Origin: a candidate division FCPU426 bacterium
Lineage (GTDB): Bacteria; Oederibacteriota; PGYV01; Palsa-1178
Direction: 5' to 3'
NCBI GenBank assembly: GCA_963840035.1
Contig: CAWIXE010000001.1
Span: 320,001-384,000, forward strand
DNA length: 64,000 bases
The first letter of the stretch is position 1. Each line of letters opens with the position of its first letter. Positions 21,326 to 30,439 of the stretch are shown here, piece after piece. The translations under genes and the position numbers were made by a program. The notes under the pieces are model-generated. The model ran no database searches. It worked only from the letters and a program-made list of their open reading frames with translations, and was not told the DNA's origin.

Positions 21326-22375
21326 TTACCCCGCAAATTGGTTGACATTTTGTTCTCCGGATTTGATCAAACACAACCCCATATCTACAACTGATTTTAC
21401 CACGGCCTTCCTCACAACGTCAAGTTTATCCAGTCCCGGTATTTTCTGTTTTTCAATTTCCGCAATCGCATTTTCAGCTTTTTTAATTAGCTCATGCTTT
21501 TCTTCGTTTTTGTATATTTCTCCGTTTTTGAAAACTTCAGCGCTTGTTTTGCCGTCAAATATACGCCGCGGCATTTCGTGATTAATCTCATAAATCGCTC
21601 TTTCAAATTTGGCGTATACTTTTTCGTAATTTAACCCTCCTTTTTCAGTTTTCAGATATTTCTCAAATATCTGATTTTCGCGCTCCAGTTTCCCGTTGAA
21701 AAGCGGATAATGCCCGGGGCTGGGCATCGTGAGAATCTCTTTTTCTTTCAAATAACTTATTAATACTTCGTTCTGAAACTCAGAACCCCTGTCAGTTTTA
21801 ACCACAAGCGGTTTTATTCCCTGCTCGTTCATCACGCGTTCAAGCAGGATTTTCGCCTTTTCACCGGTATTTGAATAACTCATAATCCAACCAAGCACAC
21901 ACCTTGAGTACTCCTCAAATACCAGCTGAACATACACATACCCTTCTTCGCAGCGTATTTTAATCGTATCTAGCGCCCAGCTGACATGCTTTTTTAGCCA
22001 TTCAACTGACTTGTACTCTTTCTTTCCCGCTTTTTGCTTTTTCCTGGGCCCAAAATACTCATAAACTATTTTTGCAACGCTGCTTGGCGATATACCCGCT
22101 TTTATTGCCAAAACATAATTAGTTGATATTTCCGAAAACCTCCGTTTTAATTCCAGCACCCGGAGTATTGTTTCACCAGACAAGGCCCACGGCGCATGTT
22201 TCGGCCCTGTCTTTTGGGGTTCCAGGGTATCTTTCTTTTTCCACGCATAATAATACTCCCTTGGAACCCCGATTGAATCAAAATACGCCTTTATACTTCC
22301 TCCGTTTTGTACGGTTTCTTCGGCACTTCTGAGTATATTTCTTTTAACACTTTCCGCATATTGGCGTTTTTTTTT
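21326..22375 (-). CDS. IS3-like OrfB DDE integrase-core transposase, probably expressed as OrfAB by -1 frameshift
   Basis: WALD, KTDRGSEF, NGKLERE; frame checked open upstream of 22183 to 22384, through the A9 run, adding IGVPREYYYAWKKK. Confidence 0.8.
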   Translation of the reverse strand, partial: KKKRQYAESVKRNILRSAEETVQNGGSIKAYFDSIGVPREYYYAWKKKDTLEPQKTGPKHAPWALSGETILRVLELKRRFSEISTNYVLAIKAGISPSSVAKIVYEYFGPRKKQKAGKKEYKSVEWLKKHVSWALDTIKIRCEEGYVYVQLVFEEYSRCVLGWIMSYSNTGEKAKILLERVMNEQGIKPLVVKTDRGSEFQNEVLISYLKEKEILTMPSPGHYPLFNGKLERENQIFEKYLKTEKGGLNYEKVYAKFERAIYEINHEMPRRIFDGKTSAEVFKNGEIYKNEEKHELIKKAENAIAEIEKQKIPGLDKLDVVRKAVVKSVVDMGLCLIKSGEQNVNQFAG

Positions 22376-22797
22376 GCGCCGTCTTCATCGTTTTTTTCAA
22401 AGAAGCTCGTTGCTTTCCTGGCTATCTGCAGTTCCTGTGTCGCCTTTTTCTTTTCTTCCTCCAGTATCCGGATCTTTTCCTCCAGCTTCCGCTGTTCTTC
22501 CTGCGCCTTTGTCACTGTTTCCCTCAGATCCTCTTCCTTCACGTAGTTCTTCGGCTTCCTGCCTCTCTTCTCCGTCTTCAGGAACGCCCTGGCTATCCCT
22601 TCCAGCGCTATTTTCTTCCACTCCCGGAACGTCTCCCTCGATATATCCATCTCCTCGCAGACCTGTTTCACCTTCTTTTCCTTTGCCATTACTTTCAGTA
22701 CTGCCTGAAACTTCACCTCGTATGGGATTTCCCTGTAGTACTTCGTGGATTTCTGTTCCATCATTTCCTGCTGAATTTTCTCCTGTTCCATTTTCAA
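22291..22797 (-). CDS. IS3-like OrfA (HTH plus coiled coil)
   Basis: VKFQAVLKVM..VKQVCEEMDISRETFREWKK; GRKP; slippery GCA AAA AAA AAC near the 3' end. Confidence 0.8.
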   Translation of the reverse strand: MKMEQEKIQQEMMEQKSTKYYREIPYEVKFQAVLKVMAKEKKVKQVCEEMDISRETFREWKKIALEGIARAFLKTEKRGRKPKNYVKEEDLRETVTKAQEEQRKLEEKIRILEEEKKKATQELQIARKATSFFEKNDEDGAKKNANMRKVLKEIYSEVPKKPYKTEEV

Positions 22798-23971
22798 TTA
22801 CCCCCTTATTTTCTTTATTTTCCTTTTTTTCCTCCACTGCATCTAACCCCTCAACCATAACACTTCCTTCTTTTGCTATTACCCGTATTTCTTTTCCGCC
22901 TATTTTTCCGATTAAATACATAGGCTCTTTTAATTTTCTCGGGTCAACAATTAGCGCGTCTTTTACCATTCCTGCCCCTTTTTCCATAACTTCACGCACC
23001 GACTTTTCAACGCTGAAAAACCTGTCAGCAGGCAGTAACCCATCAATCCCCTGATGCGGCCTTTTGAAGTTATACCATTCCACCCATTTTCCTATCTTTT
23101 CCTGCGCGTCTTCAAAGCTGGATATCGGCTCTTTACTTAGTAATTCCTGGTACATATTCCGCCAGAGCGATTCAACTTTTCCGCAGGTTTGGGGATGATA
23201 CGGCCGGCTTCTCAAATGGCTTATTCCGCTTCTTGTAAGGAATTTTTGAAATGTGCTTTTCCCCCTCCAACTGGCAAACTGCCTGCCGTTATCAGTAAGC
23301 ACTTCTTTTGGCATGCCGTACTTTTCTATCGCGTTTTTTAGCACATCCAGGACCCTGTCGCTGGTTTGGTTCCGAAATACCCCTATACTGACGACAAACC
23401 GCGAATAATCATCCAGACATGCTATTACATATATCCGGTACAGCCCCTGCAGCATAAATGTCATTATATCCATCTGGTACATGTCGCCGGGTTTGCTTCT
23501 TTCAAAACGCTGCGGTTCCTTTTGACTATTTCCATGCCGCAGGCTTTTTTCCTGTACCATTGTTGCTGTCTGAGGGTCGGTTCGGAGGACTTTTTCAATA
23601 CCGTCGCGGCATACTTTTACGAACTTATTGCGCATCAAATAATCCCCGATTTTCTTAACTCCAATTCCGGGATTTTCCAGCTTTAATTTGACTATTTCCG
23701 CTTTTACCGCTTCCGGTACTTCCTGCGCTACTTTGCCGCCGCGGTTATCTTCCAGCCCCTCTTCACCGCCTGTTTTGTACCTTTCTTGCCAGCTTTTAAA
23801 AGTACCGACGCCCATTCCATACCACTTACAGAACATAGTAATAGGCGCACCTATCTGTTCAAATTCTTTTAGCAGTTTTAGTTTTTCTTCTTTTGAGTAG
23901 ATTTTACCGGCGGAGTCGCTTTTTGTGTATTTTCTCTTTCCCTTTTCTTTCTTTTTCTTCATGAACCACAT
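22397..23971 (-). CDS. IS481-like DDE transposase
   Basis: N-terminal HTH, RFERSKPGDMYQMD, LTDNGRQF, HPQTCGKVE, WYNFKRPHQGI; AGGAGG RBS. Confidence 0.9.
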   Translation of the reverse strand: MWFMKKKKEKGKRKYTKSDSAGKIYSKEEKLKLLKEFEQIGAPITMFCKWYGMGVGTFKSWQERYKTGGEEGLEDNRGGKVAQEVPEAVKAEIVKLKLENPGIGVKKIGDYLMRNKFVKVCRDGIEKVLRTDPQTATMVQEKSLRHGNSQKEPQRFERSKPGDMYQMDIMTFMLQGLYRIYVIACLDDYSRFVVSIGVFRNQTSDRVLDVLKNAIEKYGMPKEVLTDNGRQFASWRGKSTFQKFLTRSGISHLRSRPYHPQTCGKVESLWRNMYQELLSKEPISSFEDAQEKIGKWVEWYNFKRPHQGIDGLLPADRFFSVEKSVREVMEKGAGMVKDALIVDPRKLKEPMYLIGKIGGKEIRVIAKEGSVMVEGLDAVEEKKENKENKGVIENGTGENSAGNDGTEIHEVLQGNPIRGEVSGSTESNGKGKEGETGLRGDGYIEGDVPGVEENSAGRDSQGVPEDGEERQEAEELREGRGSEGNSDKGAGRTAEAGGKDPDTGGRKEKGDTGTADSQESNELL

Positions 23972-24062
23972 ATATTTTACCTCCTCTTTCGTTGAATTTC
24001 CAGAGGTAAAATGTCAACCTATTTCAATGGGTTAGCAGTTATGATAATTGACGGCTAGGATA

Positions 24063-24175
24063 ACCCTTGTCTTCCCGCTTCCGGCGCCGGCAAGAATCAG
24101 TATGGGCCCGTCCTTGTGCTTTACAGCCTCAAGCTGTTCTTTATTCATAAGTTCATTAATATTGCTGTTTGTCAA
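24063..24175 (-). pseudogene. pcrA: 5' stub of UvrD/PcrA helicase
   Basis: [29 protein letters not shown] (Q motif plus Walker A) ending at the element IR; own TTGACA/TATAAT promoter at 24224-24251. Confidence 0.8.
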
Positions 24176-24357
24176 TGCTTTGGCTCCATGTTTTTTTCCT
24201 GAGTGGTCATACAATTCCTAAAGATTATATAATGGAAAGGAGTTTTGTCAAGCAAGGATTAAAAACATTTCTAATCTTATTTATATATATAATTATATTT
24301 CTCGTAATTTATTTGGTTGCGTTTCTTTGAAACTGAGTATTAACGCACGAGTTAGAT

Positions 24358-24807
24358 TTAAGTATTTGTGCCCTTCCGTTTCCTTAAAACTGTTGACATA
24401 CAATCTATTAACAACACACTTAGCGACATACCAAATATGCATGTTATTATTCCGATTTTAAATGCCATCTGAAAAAACTCCCTATACTTGATAAATTTTT
24501 TTGATTCCTCTATTAGGTCGTTGTTAAAAATTAAAAACAAAAAAAACACCGCGGATGTAATTATTATGCTTATAATAATTCTTGCATATCGCCGTATTTT
24601 ATTTTTATCCCCCAAAACAGAGTAAGCATCCTCAACAAAAAACGGAATTAATATAACAAACATAAGGTATGTGGAAATTAAATAAGAAATATATTTTTTA
24701 AATCCAACTTTTTCCAATAACAATGATAATACAACACAGCTTATTAACACACAACTATATACAATAAATTTTAATATTGCCTTTTCGTTTTTTTTAGGTT
24801 TGTTCAA
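24358..24807 (-). CDS. Putative membrane immunity protein
   Basis: AT-rich 4-TM ORF right after the RHS C-terminal ORF. Confidence 0.6.
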   Translation of the reverse strand: MNKPKKNEKAILKFIVYSCVLISCVVLSLLLEKVGFKKYISYLISTYLMFVILIPFFVEDAYSVLGDKNKIRRYARIIISIIITSAVFFLFLIFNNDLIEESKKFIKYREFFQMAFKIGIITCIFGMSLSVLLIDCMSTVLRKRKGTNT

Positions 24808-24813
24808 CTCAAA

Positions 24814-25650
24814 TCATCTCCAGCCTTCAATAATATCCGTTAAAGCTAAATAACCACCTTGTTCTATTAAAATAAGTCCTGTCCCCTTTGCAAGGAATCC
24901 TGGCAATCCCGGTATATTGGTTTTAAGCAATAAACTTCCAGCTCCGATCAGGTATGTTTTAAGCTTTCCGTCACTCATGTCAAATGGATCAAATTCTTGT
25001 TTAACTAATGGTTGTGTCATTAAAACCGCATCAAATATCAAACAAGAATTATCGTAAAAGTCCGAAGAGAAAAAGTCATTGTCTGTTGTTTCTAAGTAAT
25101 TGTTGTCACTAATTACTTTATCATCACCATTTATATACTCAATCTCAGCTTCGTTGGGACAAGAAGTATTATAAGGATTTCCATAATTATCATTATTCGG
25201 GTCATCATACATATTCGTTGATTTTGGATTTCTCCAATCGTTTTCTTCATCAACTTCATAATCAACATCATTATTTGAAGTAGCTTCCTCCTCAGATCTC
25301 ATTTCCTCACAATCTGCCTCAATATGAGTCCATCCATCAGAATCAACATAATCCTCTCCATACCTATCTATTAGATTTGTGGGATTGTTTGCGCAATACT
25401 CATACGTATTAATTATGTTATTTCCTTCCAACACAGGATCGTTTTCAATAAATCTCCCCGTATTTGCATCATACCACCTTGCGGCAAAGTAGTAAAGCCC
25501 GGTGTCGGGGTCGTACATGTTTGAGGACAGGCCGAATTTGCTTATGCCGTTTCCTGTCCTTTTCCCGAACTCATCATCTGTTTCCCTCTCCAGCACCTGT
25601 CCTTTCTCATCACAGACCATATATACGCTTCCTATGCGGTCGGGGTATTG
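24814..25650 (-). pseudogene. Orphan RHS-associated core plus C-terminal toxin domain
   Basis: QYPDRIGSVYMVCDEKG..DEFG..YDPDTGLYYFAARWYDANTGRFIENDPV..YEYCANNPTNLIDRYG; no upstream YD-repeat body. Confidence 0.85.
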
Positions 25651-25820
25651 CTAAGACAGCGTCTTCAGTTCTACTTCCAAATAATGGGCGAGGTATTTCA
25701 GAAACTGGCTGTTGTCAGGTAAAAAAAAGGTGAATTTACGGTTGTTTTTTCCGATATATTTAATAGTTGCTATTTTAAAACATATGGCTTAAAATTAAAA
25801 AAGTAAAAATTACGGGGTGA

Positions 25821-27791
25821 ATGTTGAAAAAGTTCATGTTTTCCGCGGTATTCATATGCTTTTTAAGCGGCTTTTCGTTTGCCGGCGCCGAGCTTGTCGG
25901 CACAACAAGCGAAAATTTCAGCAAGATACCCCCTTTTGCCAGGGCCGCGGCCATGGGTGAGGCTTTTACGGCCGTGTCCGACGGCACATACGGACTTTAT
26001 TACAACCCCGCCGGTATGACCCTTATATCGGGTTATGAGGCGCAGCTAACGCATATAGCCTGGTTCCAGGACATTAATTATGAATTCTTATCTCTTGTCG
26101 CGCCTTTTCCCATGATGGACTTTGGGAAGATAGGCCTTGCGCTCGCGTGGTTCCGCGTGGACGAGCTTACAAAAACATCCGCTCTTGCTTCATACGACCC
26201 GGCATACCTTGACACTGTTGACTACTCCCAGTTCACGGAAAAATTTTCCCCATTTGACCTTTCAGTCACCCTTGCCTACGCCCTGGACCTCAAGGAAAAC
26301 TTTTCGGCCGGCGCTTCGCTTAAATACACCTCGCAGTTCATAGACAAATTCAACGGCTCCAACATTACCGCCGAGATAGGCTTCCTGTACCGCGTGATAT
26401 CATACGGCAATTACCTCCGCCTGGGAATTGATATGACCAACCTGGGCTCTGACTTAAAGCTGCACGACATAGGTTTTGAGCCGCCGAAACTTTTAAAGGT
26501 CGGCCTCTCAGACCAGCTGCAGATATGGAACGGCACCATGTTAATCGCGGCGCAGGCGGTCCTACCCGCGGATTACGCGCCGGTTTATTCCATAGGATTT
26601 GAATACTGGCTTTTTGACATGGTGGCTCTGCGCTTCGGTTATAAGACAGGCGGCTTTGACCACCCCACCTTTGGCGCCGGTTTCCGGTATAATAATTTTG
26701 AAATTGATTACGCTTACATACGTTACGATGAGCTCGGCAACACGCACAGGTTTTCCCTTCTTTACAGCTGGGGCTCGCCCGCGGTAAAGCTTAAAGTTAC
26801 CCCGGCCCTTTTCTCGCCCAATAAGGATAACTTCCTTGATACTGTTTCATTCATACCCGTGTTAAAAAACCCGGAGAAGCTCAAGGCCCTTAAGCTTTCC
26901 ATATTCGGCGGCGATAAGGAAACCGCGCTTGCCTCATTTAATCTCCAGGATAAGGCGGCTAAGTCTGTGCCGTGGGGCGGAAACACTAAAGCGGGAGTCC
27001 TCCCTGACGCTGTTTACCAGGCCTCCATCACCGCCGAGTATGATAACGGCACCTCCGAATCAAACCGTGTCTCAGTTGAGATAGACAACACGCCGCCGGT
27101 AACAAAAGTGGACGGCGACCCGAAGCTGTTAAAACCCGGGCAAAAAGACTCGCTCATCATACCCGCCACATTCACTTTCTTCGCGCAAGACAGGAATAAG
27201 GTTTCGAAGTGGCAGTTTGTAATATGGGATTACGATAAAAAAGTGTTTTACTCCACACAGGGCAGCGGCGAACCTCCGCTCTCCATAATATGGGACGGCA
27301 AAAGCAACGACGGCTCATACGTAAAAACAGGCGAAGTTTATCATTACAGCCTTATCGCCTATGATACCGTGGGCAACCGCGGGCAGACAGCGATACAGTC
27401 AGTGGTTGTGCTCTTAAAGGAAATAAAGCTTACCTTCGCCTCAGACGCGCTTTTTGACCTTGGCGAGGCGGACGTTAAGATCTCCGCATACTCTGTCTTA
27501 AAAGATATGAAAAAGACCATAGACGCGCACCCTGATTCGGAAATAGTTGTCGCCGGATATACGGATAACATACAGCCCAGGGGCATAAAGTATAAGGACA
27601 ACACCGAACTTTCAAAAGCGAGGGCCGACGCTGTCAAGTTCTTCATGGTAAACCTTCTTGAATACGATGAAAAAAGGATCAAGACCGAGGGTTACGGGGA
27701 GCTTATGCCCATTGCCGATAATAACACGGAAGAAGGCAGGCTGAAAAACCGCAGGGTGGATATCATCATACGCAGTACCATTTATAAATAA
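25821..27791 (+). CDS. PorV/PorQ-family beta-barrel fused to FlgD-Ig-like domains and C-terminal OmpA domain
   Basis: ARAAAMGEAFTAVSD..LYYNPAG; ELGNTHRFSL; FSPNKD, WDGK; VAGYTDN..LSKARA..NRRVDI. Confidence 0.85.
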   Translation: MLKKFMFSAVFICFLSGFSFAGAELVGTTSENFSKIPPFARAAAMGEAFTAVSDGTYGLYYNPAGMTLISGYEAQLTHIAWFQDINYEFLSLVAPFPMMDFGKIGLALAWFRVDELTKTSALASYDPAYLDTVDYSQFTEKFSPFDLSVTLAYALDLKENFSAGASLKYTSQFIDKFNGSNITAEIGFLYRVISYGNYLRLGIDMTNLGSDLKLHDIGFEPPKLLKVGLSDQLQIWNGTMLIAAQAVLPADYAPVYSIGFEYWLFDMVALRFGYKTGGFDHPTFGAGFRYNNFEIDYAYIRYDELGNTHRFSLLYSWGSPAVKLKVTPALFSPNKDNFLDTVSFIPVLKNPEKLKALKLSIFGGDKETALASFNLQDKAAKSVPWGGNTKAGVLPDAVYQASITAEYDNGTSESNRVSVEIDNTPPVTKVDGDPKLLKPGQKDSLIIPATFTFFAQDRNKVSKWQFVIWDYDKKVFYSTQGSGEPPLSIIWDGKSNDGSYVKTGEVYHYSLIAYDTVGNRGQTAIQSVVVLLKEIKLTFASDALFDLGEADVKISAYSVLKDMKKTIDAHPDSEIVVAGYTDNIQPRGIKYKDNTELSKARADAVKFFMVNLLEYDEKRIKTEGYGELMPIADNNTEEGRLKNRRVDIIIRSTIYK

Positions 27792-27888
27792 GTTGTGCTT
27801 GTTCCAGAAATCCCTCTCTCATCTCCCTTTCTAAAACAAAGGGAGACGATTACGGTACTTGTATTTATCGTTGAGGCGGATGGACCTG

Positions 27889-28089
27889 CGGCGGCGGGAG
27901 TGGCTGGTATTTTTTTGATATAACTTTGGCTCAAACTTCCGCTGCAAGTAGACTCCCGGAAATCTCTCCGGCCCGGTTGAATACCCGCAAAGTAATCCCT
28001 GAACCTCCCGCGTGTCATATTATTATTTTCCGGACAACCTCGCCAAATTTGACATATTATCAAAAAAATAGCGGACGCTCACGCCGCCG
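27889..28089 (+). repeat. ~200-nt structured repeat element, copy 3 (diverged)
   Basis: Same terminal IRs and core (GGCTCAAACT, AAAGTAA, CTGAACCTC, AACCTCGCC) as 16445/16714. Confidence 0.8.
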
Positions 28090-28148
28090 TGTGGGTTTTG
28101 GTTTGAAATTTGGAGATGTTTGAATGGTATTGATTTAATCACTGGAAC

Positions 28149-28583
28149 TTATTTCTTCTTTTTCTTTCCTGTTTGTTTCTTTTCTGTTTTCTTTTCCGGT
28201 GTGGGCTTGTATTGCTTGTTCAGGGCTTCCATCTTTGCCGCTGTCTCGTCGCTCATGTGGTGTTCCATTCCGCAGGATTCCTCTTTTGCTTTTTCCGGGT
28301 CGGATTTTAAGACGTTTGTGAGGAATTCAAATAACGCCTTGTTCTTTGCCAGTATTTTTTCCGCGATGGACTTTCCGGCCTCGGTTAATGTTATAAAGCC
28401 GTAGCGTTCGTGGGTTATGAGCTCGTTTTTCTTCAGGTATGTGACTGCCGCCACCACGCTGGCTTTTTTTACGTTTAAGTGCCTGCCTATGTCTGAAACT
28501 CTCGCTACTTTGCTTTTGTTTTCAAGCTGGAGAATTGTTTTTATATAATCTTCCATTGCCGCTGAAAGATTTACATCCTGCAT
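28149..28583 (-). CDS. DtxR/MntR family metal-dependent repressor
   Basis: LSAAMEDYIKTI, ARVSDI, ESCGMEHHMS. Confidence 0.9.
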   Translation of the reverse strand: MQDVNLSAAMEDYIKTILQLENKSKVARVSDIGRHLNVKKASVVAAVTYLKKNELITHERYGFITLTEAGKSIAEKILAKNKALFEFLTNVLKSDPEKAKEESCGMEHHMSDETAAKMEALNKQYKPTPEKKTEKKQTGKKKKK

Positions 28584-28603
28584 CGAACACCGCCCTTAAC
28601 TTC

Positions 28604-28625
28604 TAAGTTATATCTGCCTAACAAA
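28604..28625. promoter_or_regulatory. Candidate DtxR/MntR autoregulatory operator
   Basis: GTTA-N8-TAAC imperfect palindrome just upstream of the repressor gene. Confidence 0.4.
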
Positions 28626-28724
28626 TATTGTAATACTCAAACAAAAAATGTCAATAGTATTTACTTGCATAAATTCATTTTGTTTGTTTTTTGATTTTTT
28701 AACTTGACATTTAGTCCTGCTTTT

Positions 28725-30437
28725 TTATGCGGCTTTTTTATTTTTCACGATGATATATATATTGACGCATATTATTACGGCGCACCAGGCCGCTATTATG
28801 CCGGGCCTTATTTTTCCGGCATCCCATAGCTGCGGGAATATCCACGATATGTCAGACCGCGCTGCCTGGGATAAAAATTTCATGACCCAGTTTACGCCGT
28901 TCCCTTTGTTCCACCTGAACCACGGTACCAGAAGGATTATGTACGTCATAAACAGCCCCCAGCATGCCGCAGCCTTAAAAACCGCTTTTTCAATCTTCCC
29001 TTTTGCCTCTTTATAAACCGCCGCGATAAAGAGCGAGAATATGAATATTACCGCCACCATGAACCGCGAAGATGCGCCGCCGCCGCCGTTCCATACGACC
29101 CACGAGGAAACAAGCGCGTAGTAAGGCACTATTAAAAGCAGCGTGTAATAGAATACCTTTTTGCTTTCCCTGTATAAAAACCAGGCGCCGACTAAGAAAA
29201 GCATGTACACGGGCGTGTAAAAGAAAAGCCCGAACTCCTGGTCCAGAAGCGTCCCCAAAAACCCGTTTATGCCCGTTAAAAACTGCTTTGATATATCCGC
29301 AGCCTGCTGGGTCTGCCTCGGTATCAGCTGCCTGAAATGGGCGTAATTAAAGGAAAACAGGGCCGCCAGGGAAATGGCCTGAAAAAGGAGGAAAAATGCG
29401 GTTTCCTTTATCCTGGCGCGGTTCTCCCAGACAAAGATGGCTGCCAGAAACGCCCACAAAAATCCGTTGCGGACATGCGCCCACGGCGCCAAAGCCAGGA
29501 TAATCGAGGCAAAAACAGGGTGCTGCTTTTTATACAATATCATGTAGAAAGCCGAAACCACGATAAGCCCGCTTAAGGATTCGGCGCATATCTGGTTTGC
29601 GTACATTATCACAGGCATGGAAAGCCCTGTAATGAGCGCCGTATGCGCGGCAATCCTGTTATCCTTAAAAACAGCCGCGACCAGCAGGAATATTATTGCC
29701 ATATAAAGCGCCGTAACAAAGTCTGTTAATAATGTCGCGCCGAATCTGCCTGCTGCAAGGTAAAAAGGCTGTATGATGAATGATATCAGCATGGGGTGGT
29801 ACGGATAAAGTTTCCCGGAGACTTCTATCTCCTGCGGCGCGAGTTCTTTGTCATAAAACCCCAGGTAGTCCCTGTTTTCATAATTATTTTTCAAGTCTAT
29901 GTCCCTGTCATGGATCATGCTGTGCGCCGCAAGCAAGTAAACAGGCTCGTCGCCGGTCGGCTGGTTGGCGTAGTTAAACCACAGGGTCACGCCGAAATAA
30001 AAAACCATGAAGAAAGTAAAAATGGAAATAAACAATTTTTTTTCCGTGGTTTTCATGTAATCCGCGGACTTATTTACCATGAAAATAACCTGGCCGGCTA
30101 GGACAGCGATAAAAGTGGCGTATGACGCGCCGAGTAAAAGTTCAAACTTCCTCAGAGTAAAATTATGCGGGTCCGGAAAAACAACTTTCATGACAACGGG
30201 CGCAAGGAAAAGTATTAAAAATGAAAATGTTGCCGGCGAAAGCTTTTTAAAAATTTTGAAAAACCCTTCCTTGGTCCAGCATCTGACGCCTGCAGCTGCC
30301 AGCGATAAAAAAATATATACTGCCGCCGGGAGAATATAAACCGGATATATGAACCCTCCGGGATTGTTCAGCGCGAATGCTTTCATGTAAACAATATAAC
30401 TTATGACAAAACATATGTTTGCCGCAAGCGCGAGCAT
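28725..30437 (-). CDS. GT-C fold membrane glycosyltransferase-like protein
   Basis: TGDEPVYLLAAHS, GLFFYTP, SRF motifs; many TM segments. Confidence 0.7.
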   Translation of the reverse strand: MLALAANICFVISYIVYMKAFALNNPGGFIYPVYILPAAVYIFLSLAAAGVRCWTKEGFFKIFKKLSPATFSFLILFLAPVVMKVVFPDPHNFTLRKFELLLGASYATFIAVLAGQVIFMVNKSADYMKTTEKKLFISIFTFFMVFYFGVTLWFNYANQPTGDEPVYLLAAHSMIHDRDIDLKNNYENRDYLGFYDKELAPQEIEVSGKLYPYHPMLISFIIQPFYLAAGRFGATLLTDFVTALYMAIIFLLVAAVFKDNRIAAHTALITGLSMPVIMYANQICAESLSGLIVVSAFYMILYKKQHPVFASIILALAPWAHVRNGFLWAFLAAIFVWENRARIKETAFFLLFQAISLAALFSFNYAHFRQLIPRQTQQAADISKQFLTGINGFLGTLLDQEFGLFFYTPVYMLFLVGAWFLYRESKKVFYYTLLLIVPYYALVSSWVVWNGGGGASSRFMVAVIFIFSLFIAAVYKEAKGKIEKAVFKAAACWGLFMTYIILLVPWFRWNKGNGVNWVMKFLSQAARSDISWIFPQLWDAGKIRPGIIAAWCAVIICVNIYIIVKNKKAA

Positions 30438-30439
30438 CG

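Larger units (their letters stand above)
21298..24062 (-). mobile_element. Two-transposase IS-like element with ~55-bp imperfect terminal inverted repeats
   Basis: Left TGTCCTGCCTGTCAATTATTGTCACTTTTTACCCCGCAAATTGGTTGACATTTT (21298-21351) vs right reverse complement TATCCTAGCCGTCAATTATCATAACTGCTAACCCATTGAAATAGGTTGACATTTT (24062-24008); encloses two DDE ORFs and an HTH ORF. Confidence 0.8.

Noticed and set aside
22374..23054. 226-aa Ser/Pro-rich plus-strand ORF
   Set aside because: Antisense to the purine-rich transposase overlap
21285..24075. Target-site duplication around the element
   Set aside because: Flanks AATTTCT and ACCCTTG do not match
25651..25785. Short minus-strand open frame (..KYLAHYLEVELKTLS) before the RHS fragment
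   Set aside because: No start codon or recognisable family
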